A stretch of 43,939 nucleotides of DNA from NCBI GenBank assembly GCA_032718475.1, contig JAUCBJ010005042.1, positions 1 to 43,939 on the forward strand, in the 5' to 3' direction. The notes beneath the pieces are model-generated. The model did not search any database. It worked only from the letters and a program-made list of their open reading frames with translations, and was not told the DNA's origin. The first letter of the stretch is position 1. Every line of letters begins with the position of its first letter. Made by a program: the position numbers and the translations under genes. This DNA comes from Nemertoderma westbladi (taxonomy: Eukaryota > Animalia > Xenacoelomorpha). Below are positions 12,101 through 25,100 of this stretch, one piece after another.

Positions 12101-13061
12101 GATAGAAGAAATCTTTCTAATTCCGGGCTGAAGGAGACCCCCCCCCCCCCCCCCCCCCAGCCCAAATTATTTTGAATATATATTATATATGACTATTTAT
12201 GCAATTTATTCTTCCCTAAAAAATTATTCCCTATATTTTTATTGCTCTTTTTATTTTATAGCTTCCCGCTGTCAATTATAACACAGTAAATTATTAGAGC
12301 CGCAATGTTATATTTATCACACATAAACATACATGTATGTATTCTATACGGTTAAATTAAAAGGATTGCTGGCTACTGGTAATAGTCGATACGGAAGCAC
12401 GCTTTCTTTTGTCGCCAGATGTGCTGAATATTCCATAGATGTCTTATGGACTCACACTAAGTATATACAGTAGGAACTACTGACAATCTATAATCGAACC
12501 TCGGATTTGCTTCCTAATAATTTAATTGTATATAATTGAGAGTTGGCCTTCGAAACCTTATATTATTTTATATAACAGTTTTATTTAAGAAATACTTTAT
12601 TAGAAATCTGACGACATTTAATTAACTATTGCTCAACAGTTTAGATGATTAAACACAGGCTTATAATGTTTGTTATTATATATATTTAAACTTAGTGATA
12701 GGGCTGAAACATGTTTGGCCCTAACACTTCCGACTTCCATAACTTACTGAAACAATGCTTTCTTTACTACTGTACTTATAATATACTGTAATTTGTGTGC
12801 AAAATTCCGCAATTAACTTAATTAGTTGCAGTTTAATGTAATAATAATTTAAATAATTAGTTACAGTAATTCTTAATAAATTAGTATCGCCATTGCCGGC
12901 CAGTACTTGTACGTATAGACTGTACAGTAAAGTACACACTTGATAAAACAAAATTACCTACGTACTTTATCTGCTAGTGTGGACCTACCGGTACCAGTAT
13001 ACTGTTCACAAATTTATAGCAATGAATGGTTAACCTGCAGACTGGTGATTAGCGCGCAACG

Positions 13062-13141
13062 ATGCCAGCAATAGGGGGTGCATCGATTGATAAACCGGTG
13101 GAACCTCCGGTTAATGTGGAAGAGAATAAACCTCTTATACC
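13062..13141 (+). CDS. GGT-like exon 1 (cytoplasmic tail)
   Basis: MPAIGGASIDKPVEPPVNVEENKPLI; phase-2 donor CC|GTTAGT fits the phase-2 acceptor at 14964. Confidence 0.7.
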
Positions 13142-16100
13142 GTTAGTATAATATTAATAAATATTAAACGCTGAAATAAACATTGCATATGACTATGTAG
13201 GAAAAAAAAGTCTTCTCAAAGCTCAGCTATATAGGCTATGTCCTAGAGAGTGTTGGCAGAGGCTGTCGGCTTATTATATTATTTGACACGAAGTTGTTCT
13301 GGATAGTATATCACCCCTTGGAGGGATGTTTTCCTACCACTTCAGAGGATGCCATCAATAAGTGGCATGATGTCAGCTCGAATGTACTATCCGATTGTGT
13401 GATCTAAACGAAAATTAGGCAGTTAGGTAGGTCATTTATTCTCTAGTTGATCGTTAATTGCACCAAGCATATTACGTCATACAAGTAGGAATAATTATAC
13501 ATAAAATGGAAGTTACTGTAGGCAATTTTTTTTTGTTGACCCCGAGATGTGTAATTTGCCGAGTGATAACGCGCGAGGTTAAAAGGGGCCTAAAATTGAA
13601 CAAAGCTTGAAAAAAATTGTTTTTAATGTAATACATAATTATTATTCCAAAATTGTAACATTACTCAACGCCGTTAGTATTAACAGCGAGTTATAGATTA
13701 TAACGATTATATTTACAACTTTAGAGGACATTACAGCATTGTATTGGCCTGTACATTTAGTATTGTATTTGGTGTTATCAGTTAAGTAATGTCACCTTAG
13801 TGGACATTACTTAACATCGTCATTGGTTACCACGTAAACAATTTGCCTGAAAGCCTGATAAGCCTAATGCATTACCTACCGGTAGGCGGGGTATAGCTAT
13901 TTAACCAGTAGGGCCTAGCTATATTATTAACATGGCTCCAAACGCCACCATAAATATATGCTAACTTATTTATAACATAATTTATGTCATTTTTACATTT
14001 AATTATACAGCAACTAATTTAATTTGTGCAGTTTCTACAGTATCACTTATAATATATGTACAATCAATTCATAATGTTAAAATTTTGGAATAAAACTACA
14101 TACATACTTGTTGCAAACTACCTTTCAATGTTCTGATCCTCGTAGCTTTATTTTCACTCACTCACTAACGTTCGTTCGTGTAACAAAGCCACTCTGATCA
14201 TCACACTGTAAACGTAAAGTGCTACTTTACACACAAGTATGTAAATAGTTATTACACACAAGTACAGTATGTAAATAGTTATTACACACAAGTACAGTAT
14301 GTAAATAGTTAATATCCACCTAATTTCCATTACACCTCCTCTCCCCCACACCACTCACATCCTTAACAATAGTATTGAAAGAGGATCACCTCGAGACGGA
14401 GGATTCATTGACACTTCGCTTCCATGTACAGTAGTTCCGGTACTGGTAGACGTTCTACCGGTAAATCTTCCCTTCACGGATGTAGAGCAGTGGTACCGGT
14501 ACCGGTACTGTATGTCTGATACTGATAGTATACCAGTAGGACTAAATACCAGAAATACTACAGTACGAATTACTGTGCTGACTAATGTTACAAATAGCAA
14601 GTATAGGTGAACATTAGTATAAGTATAAGACCACGACTGTCCTTAAATCATCAAGTCTAACTTTAGAGTAGTGGAGTGGTGGTTGCATTGAATTCTCTCT
14701 GGAGGTTGTAGGCCTACCGTACTGGAATTTCTTCTGAGGATTTTAGTTCTGGGGGGACCGCACTGGAAATAAGTTGGCAGACTTTGTGCGTAATCCCTGG
14801 TCTAACAACCCTCTCGCCTACCGTACCATCTTGTATATTTGTAGAACTTCATGGAGTCGTTGTATTAACCAAACTCTTAACCAGCCACACACCCTTGCTA
14901 TGATCTAATTTGAACTAAAACCGCTATTTCGATATTTACAATCAATTTAATTGACCTTTGCAGACCGGATGAAGGTAAAACAAAGAAACGAGGTATTATT
15001 GTAGCTATAGCCACCGTTGCAATCCTCGGTACGGTTATTGGGACGTCCGTTGGGGTCACACAATACTATAAAAATAACCAACAAGTAAGTGCAAACCTCA
15101 CTCGCAAAGTTTAACTTGCATACAATCTATATAATTATTTTAAACTTAGCTTAATACAGTAGACAAAAGTATTTTTGTTCGCATCCTCCCACGTCGTAAT
15201 TCTAATTTTTACACGCATTGGATCTTATATATTGTTATCATTTTTAAAAGTGCCAGGAATGAGAAAGTTATAATCTTTATAGGGTCCTGCAGTATAAATC
15301 ACGGGATGACTAAAGACAGAATAAAAAAAAATTACATTAGACCAATAGGATAAATCAATGTGTGGTGATTCAATGATAGGCCTACACAGGGTGTAATTAT
15401 CAATATCAATTGTTCTGATATATTGAAATAGTTTTCTTATAAGCAGGAGCAATCACAGGTCACGACTACGGTTCTACCTAATAGTACACAGGTGCCAATT
15501 CATGGAGGTCATGGAATTCAGGCTGTTTCCAGTAGCAATGTCAACTGTACTGAGGTTGGAAAGTGAGTATAGTTGCATATTAAATAGAAATTCATGTGGC
15601 TGAATTTATTTACATTATCATTATTATATTTAGAACTACACAAACAAGGTGGGGCAATTTCAAAATGTTTTTTTTTACTAAAGTCAAAAACATGTAAAAA
15701 TGAAACTAATTGGCCACATTCAGCCGCCGTAGGCCTACATCAACATCTATAATTGACAATTACCTGAAAATCTATTTACATTTTACTTTATTAATTTCTA
15801 TTTATTTTATATTGCAAGTTATTAATGAAATAAGGTTGCTACTATCAGACTGTAAAGTAGGTAGTGGATCTGAGCTACTCTCACTGACTGTACAGCAATA
15901 CCTACCTAACACCTACACTGCAGCACTGCTACGCTACTGCTAGACAGTCAGAAATTGCTGAACCGTATTCCTCCTATTCACATTACTGCATTACTAAAAG
16001 CTGAACAGTCAATTCCATTTCAGTCAAATTCAATCAATCACATAAATTCAAATTTCCCGCCCAGACAAAATCCAAAACGGAAATGACATTAAGTTTGCGC

Positions 16101-19100
16101 GCGACATGGCCGTTATGTGCTTCCGTGATTTAAAGATTTTATAACGGCTGACATTGAGGGTTACCGTAACATTTTTGGTGCACTTCAGTTCTGATAAAAG
16201 CACCCCCGGACGGACTACAATTCAAGCGACTATGTTTATAACATTGGGACTGCCGGTTGGAGTTCGCATACTTTACCAAATAGGAATGCCACCAGTAAAC
16301 AGAGGTTGTTGGACATACACTGTACAGGATACAAGGACCATTTTTTAACAAAATAATTTATTCATCCATATTTAAACGCTATATTTCGAGATTATGTTAC
16401 TTTCCATAAGTTTAATAGTTTTTTTCACGACCATATCGGGTGTAAACGCTACGCCGACAACCGACAACCAACCATTATTTAAGCTAATTTTTTTTGTTTT
16501 AATTTTTGCTGTTGGCGGTTGTCGGCGTAGCGTTTACACCCACAGAGACCATATCATTCAATCTTTTGTTTTATAATTATTTATTTAATTAATCTAAATT
16601 CACTAAACAATCTAAGAACTCCGATTATATTACTGTATAATTTAGATGGGTTTTATTTTCATTGAAACACCATGTTTTGTGTAACTGATTTTAGGACTAT
16701 TCTGAATGGCGGAGGTAACGCTATTGACGCAGTTATATCGTCTACATTCTGTCTCGGGGTCATGGATCCCCATAAATCTGGTCTTGGCGGCGATTTTATT
16801 ATGATGGTGTACAATCGCACCGCCAACTACACAGTCATGTACGATGGCTTGTCGGTAGGGGGCGCTGGAGTTAGTTCCGTCAAAAGAAACAACGGGAAAA
16901 ACAAAGGTAGCTCAGGTGTAATTAATACATACGGTAATATAATTAATGTGTTTCTCATTCTCCACAAGTCGACGCAAACAACAGCTGATTACTCCCGAAA
17001 ATAAAACTAATTCTATTGACTTTAGTATATTGTTTTGGTTAAAATAACGTGCCACTGTAACCTGCTCCTTTATTTGTCAACTGTTGGTCAAATTCCCGCC
17101 ACTGTTTATAGCAAGCATATGGAACACTACAATTAGGTGTTATTAAACCTTTTAGGAGTGCAATATATTGGTGTGCCAGGGTACTTAGATGCTATCTGGG
17201 CAGCCTTCAGCAGTCATAGCAAGCTGTCATGGAAACGGTTACTCCAGCCCAGTTACGTCAGAGCTCTACATGGCTTCAAAGTTGACAAAGAATTAGCTCG
17301 AGCCTTTAGAAAGTTTGAGCCTGACATAACATCGGACGTAGAACTTTGGTAAGTAGATGATTTTGATTGAAGTTGTAATCAAGCCTTTCTGCATTCTGTC
17401 GAAAAATTTTTTCAACCGAAATTCATGCCATAAATTGCTGAGTTTCTAACATATATTAAATTTACTATTTCTCATTGTTTTCTAATTTCTAGACGAGAAA
17501 TTAGTTACCGAAACGGTCGCAAAAATAATCGATTAATTTGTTTTCTCTCAGCTCTACGTTTTGTAAAGATCCATCCGCCGCCACTATTTACGAAGAGGGA
17601 GACATATTAGTTCAGACTAAACTGTCTGAAACTTTGGATCTATTAAGAAACTCATCCGAACCAAGTGACCTATTTTATAGAGGTTCTTTGAAAGAAAGTA
17701 TTATGGTAGACCTAAAGGAACATGGTGGGTATATGACTACAATTAATCCCCTAAACGCAAATTTAATAATAAATATAATAACTACAATTTAATAATTTAA
17801 TAACTATAATTTTGATATACCTGAATACAATATAACATATAACAGTGTTCCACCATAAAGGTGTTCTTAAGAAATTTTAGGACATTTCATTGATATCAAG
17901 CTCCTTAAACATTTAGCACCAAAACGACACTGCGCGACATCCTCATGTACTGCAATCTCTTGATGACCAGATTCTGATCCCCCTAAAGTACTGTTTTTTC
18001 TCCACTCTTGTATTGAAGTACTGTTTATTCTCCACTCTTGTTTTGAAGTACTGTTTTTTCTCCACTCTTGTTTAGAAGTACTGTTTATTCTCCACTCTTG
18101 TTTTGAAGTACTGTTTTTTCTCCTCTCTTGTTTGAAGTACTGTTTATTCTCCACTCTTGTTTTGAAGTACTGTTTATTCTCCACTCTTGTTTAGAAGTAC
18201 TGTTTATTCTCCACTCTTGTTTTGAAGTACTGTTTATTCTCCACTCTTGTTTGAAGTACTGTTTATTCTCCACTCTTGTTTTGAAGTACTGTTTATTCTC
18301 CACTCTTGTTTTGAAGTACTGTTTATTCTCCACTCTTGTTTGAAGTACTGTTTATTCTCCACTCTTGTTTGAAGTACTGTTAATTCTCCACTCTAGTTTT
18401 GAAGCACTGTTTATTCTCCACTCTTGTTTTTAAGTACTGTATATTCTCCACTCTTGTTTTGAAGTACTGCTTATTCTCCACTCTTGTTTTGAAGTACTGT
18501 TTATTCTTCACTCTTGTTTTGAAGTACTGTTTATTCTCCACTCTTGTTTGAAGTACTGTTTATTCTCCACTCTTGTATTGAAGTACTGTTTATTCTCCAC
18601 TCTTGTTTTGAAGTACTGTTTTTTCTCCACTCTTGTTTGAAGTACTGTTTATTCTCCACTCTTGTTTTGAAGTACTGTTTATTCTCCACTCTTGTTTGAA
18701 GTACTGTTTATTCTCCACTCTTGTTTTGAAGTACTGTTTTTTCTCCACTCTTGTTTTGAAGTACTGTTTTTTCTCCACTCTTGTTTGAAGTACTGTTTAT
18801 TCTCCACTCTTGTTTTGAAGTACTGTTTTTTCTCCACTCTTGTTTTGAAGTACTGTTTTTTCTCCACTCTTGTTTGAAGTACTGTTTATTCTCCACTCTT
18901 GTTTTGAAGTGCTGTTTATTCTCCACTCTTGTTTTGAAGTACTGCTTATTCTCCACTCTTGTATTGAAGTACTGATTATTCTCCACTCTTGTTTTGAAGT
19001 ACTGTTTTTTCTCCACTCTTGTTTTGAAGTACTGTTTTTTCTCCACTCTTGTTTGAAGTACTGTTTATTCTCCACTCTTGTTTTGAAGTACTGTTTATTC

Positions 19101-22100
19101 TCCACTCTTGTTTTGAAGTACTGTTTATTCTCCACTCTTGTTTGAAGTACTGTTTATTCTCCACTCTTGTTTTGAAATACTGTTTATTCTCCACTCTTGT
19201 TTGAAGTACTGTTTATTATCCACTCTTGTTTTGAAGTACTGTTTATTCTCCACTCTTGTTTTGAAGTACTGTTTTTTCTCCACTCTTGTTTGAAGTACTG
19301 TTTATTGTCCACTCTTGTTTTGAAATACTGTTTATTCTCCACTCTTGTTTTGAAGTACTGCTTATTCTCCACTCTTGTATTGAAGTACTGTTTATTCTCC
19401 ACTCTTGTTTGAAGTACTGTTTATTCTCCACTCTTGTTTGAAGTACTGTTTATTCTCCACTCTTGTTTTGAACTACTGTTTATTCTCCTCTCTTGTTTTG
19501 AAGTACTGTTTATTCTCCACTCTTGTTTTGAAGTACTGTTTATTCTCCACTCTTGTTTTTAAGTACTGTTTATTCTCCACTCTTGTTTTGAAGTACTGTT
19601 TTTTCTCCACTCTTGTTTGAAGTACTGTTTATTCTCCCTCTTGTTTTGAAGTACTGTTTATTCTCCACTCTTGTTTTGAAGTACTATTTATTCTCCACTC
19701 TTGTTTGAAGTACTGTTTATTCTCCACTCTTGTTTTGAAATACTGTTTATTCTCCACTCTTGTTTTGAAGTACTGCTTATTCTCCACTCTTGTATTGAAG
19801 TACTGTTTATTCTCCACTCTTGTTTGAAGTACTGTTTATTCTCCACTCTTGTTTGAAGTACTGTTTATTCTCCTCTCTTGTTTTGAAGTACTGTTTATTC
19901 TCCACTCTTGTTTTGAAGTACTGTTTATTCTCCACTCTTGTTTTTAAGTACTGTTTATTCTCCACTCTTGTTTTGAAGTACTGTTTTTTCTCCACTCTTG
20001 TTTTGAAGTACTGTTTATTCTCCACTCTTGTTTTGAAGTACTGTTTATTCTCCACTCTTGTTTTGAAGTACTGTTTATTCTCCACTCTTGTTTGAAGTAC
20101 TGTTTTTTCTCCACTCTTGTTTTGAAGTACTGTTTTTTCTCCACTCTTGTTTTGAAGTACTGTTTATTCTCCACTATGGTTTGAAGTACTGTTTTTTCTC
20201 CACTCTTGTTTGAAGTACTGTTTATTTTCCACTCTTGTTTTGAAGTACTGTTTATTCTCCACTCTTGTTTGAAGTACTGTTTATTCTCCACTCTTGTTTT
20301 GAAATACTGTTTATTCTCCACTCTTGTTTTGAAGTACTGCTTATTCTCCACTCTTGTATTGAAGTACTGTTTATTCTCCACTCTTGTTTGAAGTACTGTT
20401 TATTCTCCACTCTTGTTTGAAGTACTGTTTATTCTCCTCTCTTGTTTTGAAGTACTGTTTATTCTCCACTCTTGTTTTGAAGTACTGTTTATTCTCCACT
20501 CTTGTTTTTAAGTACTGTTTATTCTCCACTCTTGTTTGAAGTACTGTTTATTCTCCACTCTTGTTTTGAAATACTGTTTATTCTCCACTCTTGTTTTGAA
20601 GTACTGCTTATTCTCCACTCTTGTATTGAAGTACTGTTTATTCTCCACTCTTGTTTGAAGTACTGTTTATTCTCCACTCTTGTTTGAAGTACTGTTTATT
20701 CTCCTCTCTTGTTTTGAAGTACTGTTTATTCTCCACTCTTGTTTTGAAGTACTGTTTATTCTCCACTCTTGTTTTTAAGTACTGTTTATTCTCCACTCTT
20801 GTTTTAAAGTACTGTTTTTTCTCCACTCTTGTTTTGAAGTACTGTTTATTCTCCACTCTTGTTTTGAAGTACTGTTTATTCTCCACTCTTGTTTTGAAGT
20901 ACTGTTTATTCTCCACTCTTGTTTGAAGTACTGTTTTTTCTCCACTCTTGTTTTGAAGTACTGTTTTTTCTCCACTCTTGTTTTGAAGTACTGTTTATTC
21001 TCCACTCTTGTTTGAAGTACTGTTTTTTCTCCACTCTTGTTTTGAAGTACTGTTTATTCTCCACTCTTGTTTTTAAGTACTGTTTATTCTCCACTCTTGT
21101 TTTGAAGTACTGTTTTTTCTCCACTCTTGTTTTGAAGTACTGTTTATTCTCCACTCTTGTTTTGAAGCACTATGTATTCTCCACTCTTGTTTGAAGTACT
21201 GTTTATTCTCCACTCTTGTTTGAAGTACTGTTTATTCTCCACTCTTGTTTTGAAGTACTGTTTATTCTCCACTCTTGTTTGAAGTACTGTTTATTCTCCA
21301 CTCTTGTTTTGAAGTACTGTTTATTCTCCACTCTTGTTTTGAAGTACTGTTTATTCTCCACTCTTGTTTTTAAGTACTGATTATTCTCCACTCTTGTTTT
21401 GAAGTACTGTTTTTTCTCCACTCTTGTTTTGAAGTACTGTTTATTCTCCACTCTTGTTTTGAAGTACTGTTTTTTCTCCACTCTTGTTTTGAAGTACTGT
21501 TTATTCTCCACTCTTGTTTTGAAGTACTGTTTATTCTCCACTCTTGTTTTGAAGTACTGTTTATTCTCCACTCTTGTTTGAAGTACTGTTTTTTCTCCAC
21601 TCTTGTTTTGAAGTACTGTTTTTTCTCCACTCTTGTTTTGAAGTACTGTTTATTCTCCACTATGGTTTGAAGTACTGTTTTTTCTCCACTCTTGTTTGAA
21701 GTACTGTTTATTTTCCACTCTTGTTTTGAAGTACTGTTTATTCTCCACTCTTGTTTGAAGTACTGTTTATTCTCCACTCTTGTTTTGAAATACTGTTTAT
21801 TCTCCACTCTTGTTTTGAAGTACTGCTTATTCTCCACTCTTGTATTGAAGTACTGTTTATTCTCCACTCTTGTTTGAAGTACTGTTTATTCTCCACTCTT
21901 GTTTGAAGTACTGTTTATTCTCCTCTCTTGTTTTGAAGTACTGTTTATTCTCCACTCTTGTTTTGAAGTACTGTTTATTCTCCACTCTTGTTTTTAAGTA
22001 CTGTTTATTCTCCACTCTTGTTTGAAGTACTGTTTATTCTCCACTCTTGTTTTGAAATACTGTTTATTCTCCACTCTTGTTTTGAAGTACTGCTTATTCT

Positions 22101-25100
22101 CCACTCTTGTATTGAAGTACTGTTTATTCTCCACTCTTGTTTGAAGTACTGTTTATTCTCCACTCTTGTTTGAAGTACTGTTTATTCTCCTCTCTTGTTT
22201 TGAAGTACTGTTTATTCTCCACTCTTGTTTTGAAGTACTGTTTATTCTCCACTCTTGTTTTTAAGTACTGTTTATTCTCCACTCTTGTTTTAAAGTACTG
22301 TTTTTTCTCCACTCTTGTTTTGAAGTACTGTTTATTCTCCACTCTTGTTTTGAAGTACTGTTTATTCTCCACTCTTGTTTTGAAGTACTGTTTATTCTCC
22401 ACTCTTGTTTGAAGTACTGTTTTTTCTCCACTCTTGTTTTGAAGTACTGTTTTTTCTCCACTCTTGTTTTGAAGTACTGTTTATTCTCCACTCTTGTTTG
22501 AAGTACTGTTTTTTCTCCACTCTTGTTTTGAAGTACTGTTTATTCTCCACTCTTGTTTTTAAGTACTGTTTATTCTCCACTCTTGTTTTGAAGTACTGTT
22601 TTTTCTCCACTCTTGTTTTGAAGTACTGTTTATTCTCCACTCTTGTTTTGAAGCACTATGTATTCTCCACTCTTGTTTGAAGTACTGTTTATTCTCCACT
22701 CTTGTTTGAAGTACTGTTTATTCTCCACTCTTGTTTTGAAGTACTGTTTATTCTCCACTCTTGTTTGAAGTACTGTTTATTCTCCACTCTTGTTTTGAAG
22801 TACTGTTTATTCTCCACTCTTGTTTTGAAGTACTGTTTATTCTCCACTCTTGTTTTTAAGTACTGATTATTCTCCACTCTTGTTTTGAAGTACTGTTTTT
22901 TCTCCACTCTTGTTTTGAAGTACTGTTTATTCTCCACTCTTGTTTGAAGTACTGTTTTTTCTCCACTCTTGTTTTGAAGTACTGTTTATTCTCCACTTTT
23001 GTTTGAAGTACTGTTTATTCTCCACTCTTGTTTTGAAGTACTGTTTATTCTCCACTCTTGTTTTGAAGTACTGTTTATTCTCCACTCTTGTTTTTAAGTA
23101 CTGATTATTCTCCACTCTTGTTTTGAAGTACTGTTTTTTCTCCACTCTTGTTTTGAAGTACTGTTTATTCTCCACTCTTGTTTGAAGTACTGTTTTTTCT
23201 CCACTCTTGTTTTGAAGTACTGTTTATTCTCCACTCTTGTTTGAAGTACTGTTTTTTCTCCACTCTTGTTTTGAAGTACTGTTTATTCTCCACTCTTGTT
23301 TTGAAGTACTGTTTATTCTCCACTCTTGTTTTTAAGTACTGTTTATTCTCCACTCTTGTTTTGAAGTACTGCTTATTCTCCACTCTTGTTTTGAAGTACT
23401 GTTTATTCTCCACTCTTGTTTTTAAGTACTGTTTATTCTCCACACTTGTTTTGAAGTACTGCTTATTCTCCACTCTTGTTTTGAACTACTGTTAATTCTC
23501 CACTCTTGTTTTTAAGTACTGTTTATTCTCCACTCTTGTTTTTAAGTACTGTTTTTTCTCCACTCTTGTTTTGAAGCACTGCTTATTCTCCACTCTTGTT
23601 TTGAGGTACTGTTAATTCTCCACTCTTGTTTGAAGTACTGTTTATTCTCCACTCTTGTTTTGAAGTACTGTTTATTCTCCACTCTTGTTTTGAAGCACTA
23701 TGTATTCTCCAGTCTTGTTTGAAGTACTGTTTATTCTCCACTCTTGTTTGCAGTACTGTTTATTCTCCACTCTTGTTTTGAAGTACTGTTTATTCTCCAC
23801 TCTTGTTTTGAAGTACTGTTTATTCTCCACTCTTGTTTTTAAGTACTGTTTATTCTCCATTCTTGTTTTGAAGTACTGTTTTTTCTCCACTCTTGTTTTG
23901 AAGTACTGTTTATTCTCCACTCTTGTTTGAAGTACTGTTTTTTCTCCACTCTTGTTTTGAAGTACTGTTTATTCTCCACTCTTGTTTGAAGTACTGTTTT
24001 TTCTCCACTCTTGTTTTGAAGTACTGTTTATTCTCCACTCTTGTTTTGAAGTACTGTTTATTCTCCACTCTTGTTTTGAAGTACTGTTTATTCTCCACTC
24101 TTGTTTTTAAGTACTGTTTATTCTCCACACTTGTTTTGAAGTACTGCTTATTCTCCACTCTTGTTTTGAACTACTGTTAATTCTCCACTCTTGTTTTTAA
24201 GTACTGTTTATTCTCCACTCTTATTTTGAAGTACTGTTTATTCTCCACTCTTGTTTTTAAGTACTGTTTATTCTCCACTCTTGTTTTGAAGTACTGCTTA
24301 TTCTCCACTCTTGTTTTGAAGTACTGTTAATTCTCCACTCTTGTTTGAAGTACTGTTTATTCTCCACTCTTGTTTGAATTACTGTTTATTCTCCACTCTT
24401 GTTTTGAAGTACTGTTTATTCTCCACTCTTGTTTGAAGTACTGTTTATTCTCCACTCTTGTTTTGAAGTACTGTTTTTTCTCCACTCTTGTTTTGAAGTA
24501 CTGTTTATTCTCCACTCTTGTTTTTAAGTACTGTTTATTCTCCACTCTTGTTTTGAAGTACTGTTTATTCTCCACTCTTGTTTTTAAGTACTGTTTATTC
24601 TCCACTCTTGTTTTGAAGTACTGCTTATTCTCCACTCTTGTTTTGAAGTACTGTTTATTCTCCACTCTTGTTTTTAAGTACTGTTTATTCTCCACACTTG
24701 TTTTGAAGTACTGCTTATTCTCCACTATTGTTTTGAACTACTGTTAATTCTCCACTCTTGTTTTTAAGTACTGTTTATTCTCCACTCTTGTTTTGAAGTA
24801 CTGTTTATTCTCCACTCTTGTTTTTAAGTACTGTTTATTCTCCACTCTTGTTTTGAAGTACTGCTTATTCTCCACTCTTGTTTTGAAGTACTGTTAATTC
24901 TCCACTCTTGTTTGAAGTACTGTTTATTCTCCACTCTTGTTTGAATTACTGTTTATTCTCCACTCTTGTTTTGAAGTACTGTTTATTCTCCACTCTTGTT
25001 TGAAGTACTATTTATTCTTCACTCTTGTTTTGAAGTACTGTTTATTCTCCACTCTTGTTTTGAAGTACTGTTTATTCTCCACTCTTGTTTTGAAGTACTG

